The notes: generated by a model not told the origin, from the letters alone. A DNA stretch of 64,000 bases from Methanobacteriota archaeon (GCA_016207515.1 JACQPN010000002.1:12350-76349); one strand, 5' to 3'; shown: positions 18,761 to 28,799, counted from the first letter of the stretch. Numbers and translations: made by a program.

Positions 18761-19080
18761 GCGTGCCGGGCGTGGCCGCGCGAATCGTCCGAGTCACGGT
18801 GGACTTGCGCATGATGCGTCGCGCCGGAGGACCGCAAGCGAGGGCGCTCAGGCGGCTCAAGCCGCGACTTGAGGCCACTCCATATCTTGGCGAGAGAATC
18901 CGTGACGACTTGATCCCGTCGAGATTCCGACACATGCGGCACGTCCACAGGCTTGCCTTACCGCAAGGGTGGCGGGCACTCTATTCTGTCTCAACGCAAG
19001 AAGGAAGGTCAGAGGTCGCCATTTTCTGGATCGGGTCCCACCCGGAATACGATCGTCTCCTCGGCTACAAACGAAGTTGA
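18757..19080 (+). CDS. RelE/ParE-superfamily toxin-like protein
   Basis: 107 aa; C-terminal GWRALYSVSTQEGRSEVAIFWIGSHPEYDRL follows the RelE/ParE pattern; translationally coupled to the upstream wHTH gene. Confidence 0.5.
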   Translation: MSVPGVAARIVRVTVDLRMMRRAGGPQARALRRLKPRLEATPYLGERIRDDLIPSRFRHMRHVHRLALPQGWRALYSVSTQEGRSEVAIFWIGSHPEYDRLLGYKRS

Positions 19081-19136
19081 ATGTTCGGAACCTGCCGACG
19101 CCATGTTCCAGGTCAGGTCGAAGCTACTGGCGGATC

Positions 19137-20240
19137 CTACCGCCTCGTCACTATCGTCAGTATGTCCTCGTCGTTCAACTCGTGGTCGAGTCCCACCGTC
19201 TGCTCCGCGAACTTGGCGCTCGTTCCCGTGACTATCGCGTAGCGGAACTTGCGCCGCCATTCGCGGTGTATCATGTCGCAGACGGTTCCGACGTCGCTAC
19301 CCGACTTCAGCACAAGCGCGTCCTTGAAGTCCGGTTCCTTTCCCGGCGGCTTCATGAAGACGCGTATGAAGCGGAGTTTGGCGTAGATGGCCTCTCTCAG
19401 TTCGTCGAGGCCGGTGCCTTTGGAGGCTGAGACCGGGACGGTGTGCCAGCCATGCCACTTCTTCTTCAGCGAGTTGAGTTCGCTCGCCGTTATTGCGTCC
19501 ACCTTGTTTATGGCGATGAACGACGGGACGTAGATGCGGTTGCCGCTCACGTAGTCGATGAGCTGCTCCACCGTCGCATCCTGACGGACGATGACATCGG
19601 CGTTGATCATGCCGAACTCCGACATGACGTCGCGCACAAGTTCCTCATTGAGGTGCGATAGTTTCACGGTGGCGTTGAGGCCGATGCCACCTTGTTTCTT
19701 GTGGACGATGCGGATGTTCGGGGGCTTCTCGTTCAATCGGATCCCTGCGTCGCGCAGTTCTTCGATGAGGACTTCCATGTTGTCTGGGCGCAAGGCATCC
19801 ATGATGAGCATGACGAGGTCGCAGTTTCGGACGACCGCGAGGACCTCGCGGCCGCGGCCCTTGCCGCGGGAAGCCCCTTTGATGAGTCCGGGTAGGTCGA
19901 GGACCTGGATCTTCGCTCCGCGGTACTCAAGTAGGCCCGGGATCACGTCGAGTGTCGTGAATTCATAGGCGGCCACCTCGGAATCCGCGTTCGTGAGTCG
20001 GTTGAGCACGGTGGATTTGCCCACACTTGGGAAACCGACGAGGGAAACGGTCGCGTGCCCGCTCTTCTTGACCGCATAGCCGCCGCCGCCTCCGCCGCCT
20101 TGGGACGCCCGGCGCACCTGCTCGTCGCGCATCGCGGAAAGTTTTGCCTTCAGCTTCCCGATGTGGTGGCTGGTCGCCTTGTTGTACTTGGTCTTGGAGA
20201 TCTCCTCCTCGACCGCCTTGATGTCGTCGTCGATTGTCAT
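19137..20240 (-). CDS. developmentally regulated GTP-binding protein (DRG/Obg-family GTPase with TGS domain)
   Basis: 367 aa; G1 GFPSVGKST, G3 DLPG, glycine-rich loop, C-terminal TGS-like domain. Confidence 0.92.
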   Translation of the reverse strand: MTIDDDIKAVEEEISKTKYNKATSHHIGKLKAKLSAMRDEQVRRASQGGGGGGGYAVKKSGHATVSLVGFPSVGKSTVLNRLTNADSEVAAYEFTTLDVIPGLLEYRGAKIQVLDLPGLIKGASRGKGRGREVLAVVRNCDLVMLIMDALRPDNMEVLIEELRDAGIRLNEKPPNIRIVHKKQGGIGLNATVKLSHLNEELVRDVMSEFGMINADVIVRQDATVEQLIDYVSGNRIYVPSFIAINKVDAITASELNSLKKKWHGWHTVPVSASKGTGLDELREAIYAKLRFIRVFMKPPGKEPDFKDALVLKSGSDVGTVCDMIHREWRRKFRYAIVTGTSAKFAEQTVGLDHELNDEDILTIVTRR

Positions 20241-20559
20241 CTGGTTCTGGGCACGCTGTTAAGGGCAGGTTTGCTAAATAAGAATCGAACGAAGGCCCGG
20301 TGTTTCGCGTCGCATGGGCGAAGGGAAGGGGGCGAGTCGTCACCCGTCGTCGGCCGGCGGCGGCCATGGGCAGAGGCCTTGAACGGACCCCATGTCCAGG
20401 CAGTCGGCGGGCCGTCTTGTCATCGGGACGGCGGGAAATCCTTCTCCCGACCTGTGACCTGTGAACGTTCCAATCTTCTCCGGTTGATTGTTCGCGACAA
20501 TGTATAAATAACCTGAAACCCAATAGTTGTAGTAATAATCAATTGAAAGGTTGATACTT

Positions 20560-20796
20560 ATGGACAATGGGCCGGGCACTTCAGTACCTTCGGACGACGC
20601 GGAACCCCTGAAGGAAGTCAAAGTCAAGATTCCGCTCGAATACCACGTGAAACTACACTCGATGAAGGTGCTCACGGGTCAACAGATCAGTGACACGATA
20701 ACCGACGCGCTGAGATCCTATTTCTTGAAACGCGACGGGCCGCAGAAACTTGAGCACGCGGAGCCGTCGGAGCTGCTTGACGGCGTCACTGGGTAA
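20560..20796 (+). CDS. small hypothetical protein, possible ribbon-helix-helix regulator
   Basis: ORF 20551..20796; TATA-like tgtataaataacc at ~20500; beta-strand then helix pattern (VKVKIPLEYHVKLHSMKVLTGQQISDTITDALRSYF). Confidence 0.4.
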   Translation: MDNGPGTSVPSDDAEPLKEVKVKIPLEYHVKLHSMKVLTGQQISDTITDALRSYFLKRDGPQKLEHAEPSELLDGVTG

Positions 20797-20868
20797 GCGG
20801 TACAAGTCTTCCGGTCATTCCGTCGCGGACTCCGTTTTTTCGCCCGTTATTCTCGTAGCTTCCGCGCC

Positions 20869-21885
20869 CTAGGGAGGCCCGGACTCCGGCCAAGGCGCCG
20901 AGCGGAACAGGCTCGTCTTCTGGACGCACAGATTCGCCTTGTCCCCTCCCGTCTGGTTCGCCCCGAAGTGGTGGTTCCAGAAGTTCATGCGCCCGTCGAG
21001 GGTCCGCGAACAGAAGGTGCTCTCCCCGAAGACCCCGTACTCGGCGTTCTTCACGAGGTTGTTCGTGTTCACCCTCACGCCGTCGGAGAAGAGCTCCGCC
21101 CGCACGCCGATGCGGTTCATGTAGAACGTGTTGTTGATCACGCTCGCGTTCGTCGCCCCCGAGTCGAGGAACGCTCCGATGTCGCTTCCCGACACGTTGT
21201 TGCGGTAGATGACGCTAGAGCCCGCCGATGCGAGGTGGATGCCCCATGTCCGGCTTCCGTTGATGCGGTTGGCCTCGATGACTATCGATGCGGGCGGCGG
21301 GAAACCCCCCACGCGGACACCGGTCGCATAACCGCTGATGTTGTTGCCGGAGACGATGAACGTCCCGGGCGTGCTCACGATGTCGATCCCGCGCAGGTCG
21401 ACGGTGCAGCCGGGGCACACGAACGCGTTATCGTTGATAGTGACGTTCGTCGCGTTCGCGTAGACGAGGAGCCCCTGTGTCATCGCGTTGTTGCCGACGA
21501 TCCGGTTCTCTTGGACGACGAAATGCTCGCGGGTCCCGTAGAATTGGATGGCCGCGGCGAACCGGCATCCCGTGGCCGGCGTGTCGAGCGGGTAACCGTC
21601 CGTTATCGTCCACAACGCGACGATGTACGGCAGATCCTCTGTGCCGTCACCGGCAACGATGCCGTACTTCTCCAAGCGTTCGAGCGGCGTCTTCGAGGAG
21701 AGGTCTTCGTACACGCAAATGGGCGCATGCGTCGAGATCGTCACGCCGAGGGGCGCCGCCTCCGCGTGGGGACCCGCGCCCCCGACGAGTAGTATCGTCA
21801 CAATGCCGAGAAGCGTCGGAACGGCCGTCTCTCGCACGCGATACGCATGCGTCGCGGACGGTTCAACGTTCGCGCGGCAGAGCAT
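20869..21885 (-). CDS. secreted right-handed parallel beta-helix repeat protein (NosD/pectin-lyase-fold like)
   Basis: 338 aa; N-terminal signal-like segment; repeated N-x-[IV]-x-G-N/N-N-x-x-G motifs typical of beta-helix repeats. Confidence 0.78.
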   Translation of the reverse strand: MLCRANVEPSATHAYRVRETAVPTLLGIVTILLVGGAGPHAEAAPLGVTISTHAPICVYEDLSSKTPLERLEKYGIVAGDGTEDLPYIVALWTITDGYPLDTPATGCRFAAAIQFYGTREHFVVQENRIVGNNAMTQGLLVYANATNVTINDNAFVCPGCTVDLRGIDIVSTPGTFIVSGNNISGYATGVRVGGFPPPASIVIEANRINGSRTWGIHLASAGSSVIYRNNVSGSDIGAFLDSGATNASVINNTFYMNRIGVRAELFSDGVRVNTNNLVKNAEYGVFGESTFCSRTLDGRMNFWNHHFGANQTGGDKANLCVQKTSLFRSAPWPESGPP

Positions 21886-22002
21886 ATCCTCTCTCTAAAG
21901 GAACGGCGTCCGTCGTACCAAGGGACAGCAGACGCGCCCGGTCCAGTACGGTAGCCGGGTCCTATGGAACACCGGCGCCTATCGAACGCCCAGGCCGCTT
22001 TC

Positions 22003-25000
22003 TCACGTCATGTCGTAGTGCGTAGTGCCGGCGCCTTCCGGCGAAACGTAGAACGCCTTGACCACGTTCTGCCCTGCTTGCGGCCGCAGGGGAAGCGTCG
22101 GTGGACTGAGGTTGCTTCCCACTATCCACCCGTTGAGCGAGATCAAGTGCCACCCGGGCAAGTACAGGCCTGCGCCGGCACCGGTATCCACGTCAAAGCC
22201 CACCGTGAACGTCGCGCGGCCGCCAGCGTCGGTCGTAAGGTCGAGTTTCAAGTCGGTGCGGGCCGTGAGCGGTGGCATGCCCGTCTCGACCACCGGGACG
22301 GTCCTGACGGCCCCAGTATAGGATACGTCGAACACGAGCGCCTCGCCTTCGACGGGCACTCCGTCGATGAAGACGACGCTCACGTTGCCCGTGACGGGCT
22401 TCGTGGGGTCGTTGAAACTGTCCGAGCGTCCCTCATCGTACGTCTCGAAGGGCGGCACCGGGACGATGCCGACCGTCGACGCCACGACGCCGACCTCCGC
22501 GTCCTGATCGAGGATTATCGTGTACGTCTTCTGCAAAGCGATCCGCAAGGGGTCCACTTCGACGGAGCGCGTCGCGAGGCCCATTTGGTAGCGCGCGACG
22601 ACGAACGTGCCGCCGGGGTTTATCGTGAGCCTTACTTCCAGCATGTCGTTGGCGCCCCACTCCCCGATGCCGAACGAGGCGTTCGCCCAACCGTCCGCCG
22701 TCACTGCGATCTCCGAATCGCCCGTCGAAAGCGTCGCTCCGGTCGAAAGGTCAACGTAGGCGAGCGCATACACGCTCGAGGTGAGGTTGAACGGCCTATC
22801 GCCGGGCGAGTGCACGAGGCGAAGCTCCACATCAAAGTTCGTCCCGCCGTAGACGCGGATCGTCTTTGAAACGGTCGAGGTCGCCCCACCCGTATCCGTG
22901 ACCCGGAGGCTCACCACGTAACTCGCCGACAGGGTGTAGGCGTGGCTCGGGCTCTGAGCCGTAGAGTTCGACCCGTCGCCGAAGTCCCACAGGTACTGGA
23001 GCGGCAGGTTCTCGGGGTCCGTCGAGGCGTCGATGAACTGGACGGCGACGTTCTCCACGGGTTGGACCGTCGCTACCGTGAAGTCGGCGGTCGGGAGCCC
23101 GTTGGCGACCGATACCGCGTGGACGATGACCGTCGAACCGCCGTCGTTGTCCGTGGCGGTCAGCGTGACATTGTAGGTGCCGATCGCGGAGAACGAGTAG
23201 TTGACGTCCGGCCCCGACGCGGTCCCGTTCGCGTCCCCGAAGTCCCAATCGAGGGTCACGACACTTCCATCGACGTCGAGTGCGGTCGAGTGGAACTCGA
23301 CCACCTGGGCCGCGATGGGAGAACCGGGGTTGAAGTTGAAATCCGCGCTCGGCGGCGCGTTGACCCGTATCGTCGTGTTCGTCGTCGACGAGCCGCCCGA
23401 ATTGTCGGTGACCGACAAGGTGACCGTGAACTGGCCGGCCGACGCAAACGAGTGGTTGACGATCGCGCCGCTGTCCGTCGTCGGCGTGTCGCTGAAGGCC
23501 CAAAGGCGCGCGACGATGCTGCCGTCCGGATCGGTGGAGGTGTCGGTGAAGAAGACCGTCTCGCCGATCTGCGGCACAGTCGGCCCGTACGTGAAGCTCG
23601 CGACCGGTAGCCGGTTTCGCACCGTGATGCTCGCGGAGGCGGAGGCGGACGCGCCCAGGTCGTCGGTCACCGTGAGGGTCACGACGTACACGCCCGGGTT
23701 CACGTAGGCGTGCGTGGTGTTGCGGATCGTGGAGTTGCTGGCGTCCCCGAAGTTCCAAAACCACGATACGATGGTCCCGTCGGGGTCAGAGCCCGTCGCG
23801 TTCATGTAGACGGTCTCGAAGGTGAGGACGTTGGCGGAGTTCGCCGTCCATTGCGCCGACGGCGGCCTGTTCACGGCGACTATCTTCGTCACGGAGCCCG
23901 TCGCACCGTCGTCATCGGTGACCGTGAGTGTGACCGAGTAGGCTCCCGAGCCGGGAAACGTATGGGACGGGTTCGCGTCGGTGCTTGTCGGGAGCGTGTC
24001 ACCGAAGTTCCAGAGATAAGAGACTACGACGCCGTCCGGATCCGAGGCTAGCTCCGTGAAGTTGACAGGTTCGCCGCGCCTTGCGACCGCGGGCGACCAT
24101 GAGAAGTCCGACACGGGGCCCCGGTTGAGGACCTGCAAGTTCACAAGGGCCGTGTTCGAGTAGCCGTCATCGTCGGTCACGGTGAGGCTGACGGTGTAGT
24201 TGCCGGAGTTCGCGTACGAATGCGTGGGGTTCGATGCGGCGGAGCCGTTCCCGTCGCCGAAGTCCCAAAGGAGCGACACGATGACGCCGTCTGCGTCCGT
24301 GGACGTGTCGTTGAACTGGATCGTCTGGCTAGTGAAGGGCACTGTGGGCGTGCGGGTGAAGCTTGCAAGCGGTGCCTGGTTGCCGACGTACATGCGCGTC
24401 TGCGTCGTGTTCGTTGCGCCATCGTCGTCGGTCACCGTGACGCTCACCGTGTAGTTGCCGTCGTCTGCGAACGAGTGGATCGGGGCTTGTACGGCGGACG
24501 TGTTCCCGTCGCCGAAATCCCAGAACCGGGTGACGATCGTCCCATCCATGTCGGTGGACGTATCGGAGAATTGGACCGGGCTCAGGTCGACTGGGAACGG
24601 AGGCGTGAAGGCAAACGACGCGACTGGAGCCCGGTTCAGGATAGTGATGTTCAGGGTCGTGGAATTGGAGAGAAGCGTGTTGTCCGTGTCGGTGAGGGTG
24701 ACTGTGTAGACGCCGTCGTCGACGTACTGGTGTTTGACCGTTATTCCGAGGGTCCCGCTGAGGTCCGTGTGCGTCGCGTGAACGATGGTGACCGGCTCGT
24801 TGTAGGCTGGGTCGTTGGCGCCGGGGTTCTGGAGATTGGCGTTGAGGTGCCCGTCGCCGAAATCGAAGCGGGAAAGGACGATGACGCCGTCGTCGGTGGA
24901 AAGGTCCGTGAACCTGATGTTGGTGAAAGTGTAGACGCCGAAGAACGGGGAGGCCTGGAGGAGCATCGTGGGCGGAGGGAATGATACGCATGTCTGCGGG

Positions 25001-26154
25001 TCGTTCTCGTCCACACAAAGGGGGCCTCCGAGGAGCGTCTGGTTGTGGCCAGCACCGGCACCCTGGGGGGAAACGATCTGGCGCGCGTATCCGTCGAGTG
25101 AGAGCCGCGCTTCGCGGGGGCCCACCTTGAAATAGGTCAGGACGCCGACGAAATCGGACACCGCGAATACGTTGTCCACTTTTCCCCACGATTCATACCA
25201 AACGCTGAGGTCGAAGTTGTTCTCGTCGAAGCTGATCGTGACGTTTCCGGTGGTCTCATTGTTGAACTGTCGCGTTTCCTGCGTCGTCGGCGTGAACTGG
25301 ATAAGCCCGATGGGCTGGTCCATGTAAGTGTAAGAATCGAGCGGCTTGCCATCCACTACGACCGCCGAGACGGGGATGTTCTTCGTGACATCGCCGCCGA
25401 TTGTCCTCTCTGTCTGGAGCCTCGCGAACCCGCCGGGGTTGAGTTCCACACCCGTCACTTTCTGGCTGTCGACGATGACGAAGGCGATCTTCGTGGTCTC
25501 CTCGTCCAAAGCACCCTTCGCGTCGGCCAACGAGTCGAGCGACTGCTTCGCATGTGCCTTGTTGTTCGTCGAGACTTGCTTCAGGTCCGACTCCGCGAAC
25601 ATCGCACTGTGCATGGTCCCGTCGAGATGGAGTTCCGCGCGCGTGGTGCCCGCGTTCGAGACACCATACTTGCCTTCGAAGTGGCGTAGCGTGATCACGT
25701 CCATCGGCGTGAGTTTCAGTTCGCGGTCCCCGACGAAGAGGCGCGCGTTGTCGCCGCTTTTGGTCCCGACCTTGAAGATCAGTTTATCGACTTTGCCCGT
25801 CCCCCAGAAATCGGATTCGATCTTCGCGCCGTTCAATTCCGCGAAAAGCACGGAGACGCCGCCATACGCGTCTCCGCCTGGACCTTGCGCCGTGTAGACG
25901 CGAAGGTCCGTCGGGACGCTCGAGACGTCGATCCCTGTCTCGCCGCCGGCGAACTGCGAGTAGGTGGCGGTGAACTGGGAAAAGAGCAGGCTGCCGATGA
26001 CGACCATGATGGCCAAAAGTTGCTTTATCAGCAAACTGGCCGCCTCCGCCCGTTCCCTCTTTCCAATCCTGCCCGCTCCTTCGACCTGCCGCTTAAGAGT
26101 GCCATGGGGACGGTCGATAGATAACCGGTTCTGCGTCACTCCAGTTGGGAACAA
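22003..26154 (-). CDS. giant cell-surface protein with ~8 tandem PKD domains
   Basis: 1383-aa ORF; ~8 repeats of the PKD signature W[DN]FGDG...H.[YF]...G; N-terminal hydrophobic signal-like segment (true start probably near 26007). Confidence 0.85.
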   Translation of the reverse strand: MFPTGVTQNRLSIDRPHGTLKRQVEGAGRIGKRERAEAASLLIKQLLAIMVVIGSLLFSQFTATYSQFAGGETGIDVSSVPTDLRVYTAQGPGGDAYGGVSVLFAELNGAKIESDFWGTGKVDKLIFKVGTKSGDNARLFVGDRELKLTPMDVITLRHFEGKYGVSNAGTTRAELHLDGTMHSAMFAESDLKQVSTNNKAHAKQSLDSLADAKGALDEETTKIAFVIVDSQKVTGVELNPGGFARLQTERTIGGDVTKNIPVSAVVVDGKPLDSYTYMDQPIGLIQFTPTTQETRQFNNETTGNVTISFDENNFDLSVWYESWGKVDNVFAVSDFVGVLTYFKVGPREARLSLDGYARQIVSPQGAGAGHNQTLLGGPLCVDENDPQTCVSFPPPTMLLQASPFFGVYTFTNIRFTDLSTDDGVIVLSRFDFGDGHLNANLQNPGANDPAYNEPVTIVHATHTDLSGTLGITVKHQYVDDGVYTVTLTDTDNTLLSNSTTLNITILNRAPVASFAFTPPFPVDLSPVQFSDTSTDMDGTIVTRFWDFGDGNTSAVQAPIHSFADDGNYTVSVTVTDDDGATNTTQTRMYVGNQAPLASFTRTPTVPFTSQTIQFNDTSTDADGVIVSLLWDFGDGNGSAASNPTHSYANSGNYTVSLTVTDDDGYSNTALVNLQVLNRGPVSDFSWSPAVARRGEPVNFTELASDPDGVVVSYLWNFGDTLPTSTDANPSHTFPGSGAYSVTLTVTDDDGATGSVTKIVAVNRPPSAQWTANSANVLTFETVYMNATGSDPDGTIVSWFWNFGDASNSTIRNTTHAYVNPGVYVVTLTVTDDLGASASASASITVRNRLPVASFTYGPTVPQIGETVFFTDTSTDPDGSIVARLWAFSDTPTTDSGAIVNHSFASAGQFTVTLSVTDNSGGSSTTNTTIRVNAPPSADFNFNPGSPIAAQVVEFHSTALDVDGSVVTLDWDFGDANGTASGPDVNYSFSAIGTYNVTLTATDNDGGSTVIVHAVSVANGLPTADFTVATVQPVENVAVQFIDASTDPENLPLQYLWDFGDGSNSTAQSPSHAYTLSASYVVSLRVTDTGGATSTVSKTIRVYGGTNFDVELRLVHSPGDRPFNLTSSVYALAYVDLSTGATLSTGDSEIAVTADGWANASFGIGEWGANDMLEVRLTINPGGTFVVARYQMGLATRSVEVDPLRIALQKTYTIILDQDAEVGVVASTVGIVPVPPFETYDEGRSDSFNDPTKPVTGNVSVVFIDGVPVEGEALVFDVSYTGAVRTVPVVETGMPPLTARTDLKLDLTTDAGGRATFTVGFDVDTGAGAGLYLPGWHLISLNGWIVGSNLSPPTLPLRPQAGQNVVKAFYVSPEGAGTTHYDMT

Positions 26155-26274
26155 GCGAGCGTCCCTGGCCGGTCCGGCCGGGCGCGGGGAACACCCGGGA
26201 CGCGGGCTTGGGTTAATACGTACCGACGAGACGTTGGCGCATCACGCGTGGGATGCGCGGCCGAGCCCCCATTG

Positions 26275-27021
26275 CTACGGTCGCATCTTCTTGGCCGCCG
26301 AAGTCTGGCGCACCCTTTCGTAGAGAAGGACGGCAGCCGCGTTCGAAACGTTCAGGGATCCGACGTGGCCGCTCATCGGGATGTAGACGGTGAGATCGCA
26401 GAGTTCCTCCGAAAGCCGTCCCATGCCGCTGCCTTCGCTTCCGAGAACCAGCGCGAGGGGCCCGGTAAGGCGCTCTTCGAAGTAGGGTCTCTTCCCGTGG
26501 ACGGCCACACCCGCGATCCAGACTTCGTGGCGTTTCAGTTGGCGTAACGCGGTCGGCACGGATGATGTTGTAGATACAAGTACGTACTCGGTGGCGCCGG
26601 CGCTCGATTTCACGACCGTGGGCGTAAGCCCCGCGGCGCCGCGTTCGGGGATGATCACCCCGTGGGCGCCCGCGCCCTCGGCGCTTCGGATGACGGCGCC
26701 GAGGTTGTGGGGGTCTTCGACACCGTCGAGGACGACGATGAGCGGGTCCTCGCCGCGTTGCTTTGCCCGCGCAAGGATGTCCTCGATGGAGACGGTGCCT
26801 CGCGGCTCGCAGTAGGCGAGGACCCCTTGGTGGACGCCGCCGAACTCCTCATCCAGTTTGCGGCGGCTCGCGGGTATGACGTCTATTCCCCGCTCTGCGG
26901 CGAGGCCGAGGATCTCCTCGCTTCCCCGAGTCTCGCGAGCGAGCAGTATCCGTCGGATGGAGCGGCCACTTTTCAACGCCTCCTTCACCGGGTTCACGCC
27001 CGCCACGATCTCGAGGGACAT
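26275..27021 (-). CDS. SpoU/TrmH-family RNA 2'-O-methyltransferase (RlmB-like)
   Basis: 248 aa; SPOUT motifs (VVLDGVEDPHNLGAVIRSAEGAG, LVLGSEGSGM, SLNVSNAAAVLLYE). Confidence 0.9.
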   Translation of the reverse strand: MSLEIVAGVNPVKEALKSGRSIRRILLARETRGSEEILGLAAERGIDVIPASRRKLDEEFGGVHQGVLAYCEPRGTVSIEDILARAKQRGEDPLIVVLDGVEDPHNLGAVIRSAEGAGAHGVIIPERGAAGLTPTVVKSSAGATEYVLVSTTSSVPTALRQLKRHEVWIAGVAVHGKRPYFEERLTGPLALVLGSEGSGMGRLSEELCDLTVYIPMSGHVGSLNVSNAAAVLLYERVRQTSAAKKMRP

Positions 27022-27144
27022 GCTTTCGTCGCATGTCGGTCGGGCGGAAAAAGACGCCCGTCGGACGATGTTGCGGCAAAGCGTCGCGCTGGCATTCTAA
27101 AATAACATTTGCTACAAACGTGGCATCTCTTCGAATCTGCCGAA

Positions 27145-27158
27145 AACAATATATTGTT
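27145..27158 (+). promoter_or_regulatory. perfect 14-bp palindrome overlapping the putative TATA region of the PadR gene
   Basis: aacaatatattgtt ~27 nt upstream of ATG 27185; second inverted repeat accttg-N5-caaggt spans the start codon. Confidence 0.45.
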
Positions 27159-27184
27159 CGTCGGTATACCTTGCTATCCAAGGT

Positions 27185-27598
27185 ATGGCCGATCTGACTG
27201 CTAACGCGGAGCCCGCCGGCTCCGCTAAGCGCCGCGGCGTCTCCGACTCCACGAGCGCCGACCTCGAGCGCTGGATGCGCGAACTAAGGAAAGGCTCGAC
27301 GAGGCTTGCCCTCCTCGCGGTCCTCTCCGAGAAGGAGACGTACGGGTACGGGATACTCACAGAGCTTCGCAAGAAAGGAGCCGTCGCGTGGGGCTCCACC
27401 GAAGCCACCGTCTATCCGCTGCTGCACGACCTCGAGTCCGCGGGTTTTCTGTCCAGCCGCTGGGTCGCCACCGACACCGGCGTCCCGCCGAGGAAGTACT
27501 ACAAACTCACCGCGACCGGAGTGGAGCTTCTCCAAGCACTACGAGGCGCCTGGAGACAGTACAAGGACGAGATGGACACCCTAGTGGGAGGCCCTTAG
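27185..27598 (+). CDS. PadR-family transcriptional regulator
   Basis: 137 aa; wHTH with LALLAVLSEKETYGYGILTEL...GSTEATVYPLLHDLESAGFL...RKYYKLTATG. Confidence 0.9.
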   Translation: MADLTANAEPAGSAKRRGVSDSTSADLERWMRELRKGSTRLALLAVLSEKETYGYGILTELRKKGAVAWGSTEATVYPLLHDLESAGFLSSRWVATDTGVPPRKYYKLTATGVELLQALRGAWRQYKDEMDTLVGGP

Positions 27599-28324
27599 AT
27601 GGAAATAGACCAAGCCGCAAAGAGACTGCTCGAGGACTACGCCGACTCCGTCGCGAGGCGCTCTGGGCTACCTGACCGCGAGCGATTGGACGCAAGACTC
27701 GAACTCTACTCGCACCTCTTCGACGTCGCCTCCACGCGTGTCTCGGCCGAAGGCGGCTCGATAATAACGCAAGACCACGCTAGACTCGCGATCCACTCGT
27801 TAGGGACCCCGGATGAAGTGGACGCCGCCTTCTTCGCCCCGAAACGGGCGAAACTCGAAAGGGCCCCGTTCACGCCCCGCGCGATCGCGTACCTCATCGA
27901 CTTCGTCATCGTCGCCATCGCGACCGGACTCGTCGTCCGACCGCTCGTGAGCATCATCCTCGACCCCGTAGGTTACTCGTGCTCGATCGACCCCTTCCAG
28001 TTCCGCTGCAGCGCCGGTACGCCGATCCTCGGGGCGTTCCGGGGCGCCGACGAGCTCTTCGGCATACTCTACTTCGCGCTCATCTTCGCGGCCTTCGAGG
28101 CGACCCGGGGACAGACGCCCGGAAAGATCGTCATGCAACTGCGCACCGCAACGGAGCACGGCGGCCCCGTTGGCTGGAAGGCGGCGTTCATCAGGAACTT
28201 CACGAAAGGGTTCCCGCCGCTCGTCCTCGCGGACACGCTCCTCGGTCACTTCGCGTTCGGTGACAAGAAGGAGCGCGTCTCCGACAGGTACGCCGGGACC
28301 GTCGTCGTAAGGGAGGTGCGGTGA
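27599..28324 (+). CDS. RDD-family membrane protein with N-terminal soluble domain (PadR-associated)
   Basis: ATG directly follows PadR stop; C-terminal TM region with RxD...D pattern (RAIAYLIDFVIV...RNFTKGF...DRYAGTVV). Confidence 0.7.
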   Translation: MEIDQAAKRLLEDYADSVARRSGLPDRERLDARLELYSHLFDVASTRVSAEGGSIITQDHARLAIHSLGTPDEVDAAFFAPKRAKLERAPFTPRAIAYLIDFVIVAIATGLVVRPLVSIILDPVGYSCSIDPFQFRCSAGTPILGAFRGADELFGILYFALIFAAFEATRGQTPGKIVMQLRTATEHGGPVGWKAAFIRNFTKGFPPLVLADTLLGHFAFGDKKERVSDRYAGTVVVREVR

Positions 28325-28448
28325 TGACGCGCGGAATTGTCACCGACATGGCGTTGGCCATTTTTCTCTCGGGATGCGTGGGACCGGCGCCGCCACAAGA
28401 CGGCGCGGCAAGCGGCCGAGGCGGACCCGAAGCCCGCGCGGCAATGCC

Positions 28449-28799
28449 ATGACGGCGCGAAACCGTTCTCGCATCGTCGCCGGTGCTTTGCTCGTCTTTC
28501 TCATCGCCGGTTTCGCCGGGCTCTACTACGCTGACCTCGCGATGGAGCGTTGGCGGCCTTGGCAAAACGATCGGGACTCCGAACACGTCCCGCCGGGGTG
28601 GACGTGGCCGGTGCTCATTGGCCTTGGCCTCGTTCTCGGCTTGGCCGTGGTCCTCATCATGGGAATCGTCGCCTTGGTGATGGTGCTTGCGTTCTTTTCT
28701 CCGTTTCTTCTCCTAATCGGCGTCGTTTGGCTCCTCACCCGGGATGGGCGGCGTCAGCCGCGGCCCGCGGATCATGGCTGGAGCAGCAAGCTGCCGTAG
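28449..28799 (+). CDS. hypothetical membrane protein (3 TM)
   Basis: ORF 28374..28799; start placed at ATG 28449 before the first hydrophobic helix. Confidence 0.45.
   Translation: MTARNRSRIVAGALLVFLIAGFAGLYYADLAMERWRPWQNDRDSEHVPPGWTWPVLIGLGLVLGLAVVLIMGIVALVMVLAFFSPFLLLIGVVWLLTRDGRRQPRPADHGWSSKLP

Noticed and set aside
22832-25189. Multiple ORFs on both strands inside the PKD-protein gene (e.g. 22832..23764 minus, 24329..25189 minus, 24220..24984 plus)
   Set aside because: Alternative-frame or antisense shadows of the 1383-aa PKD gene; Arg/His/Gly-rich with no domain signatures.
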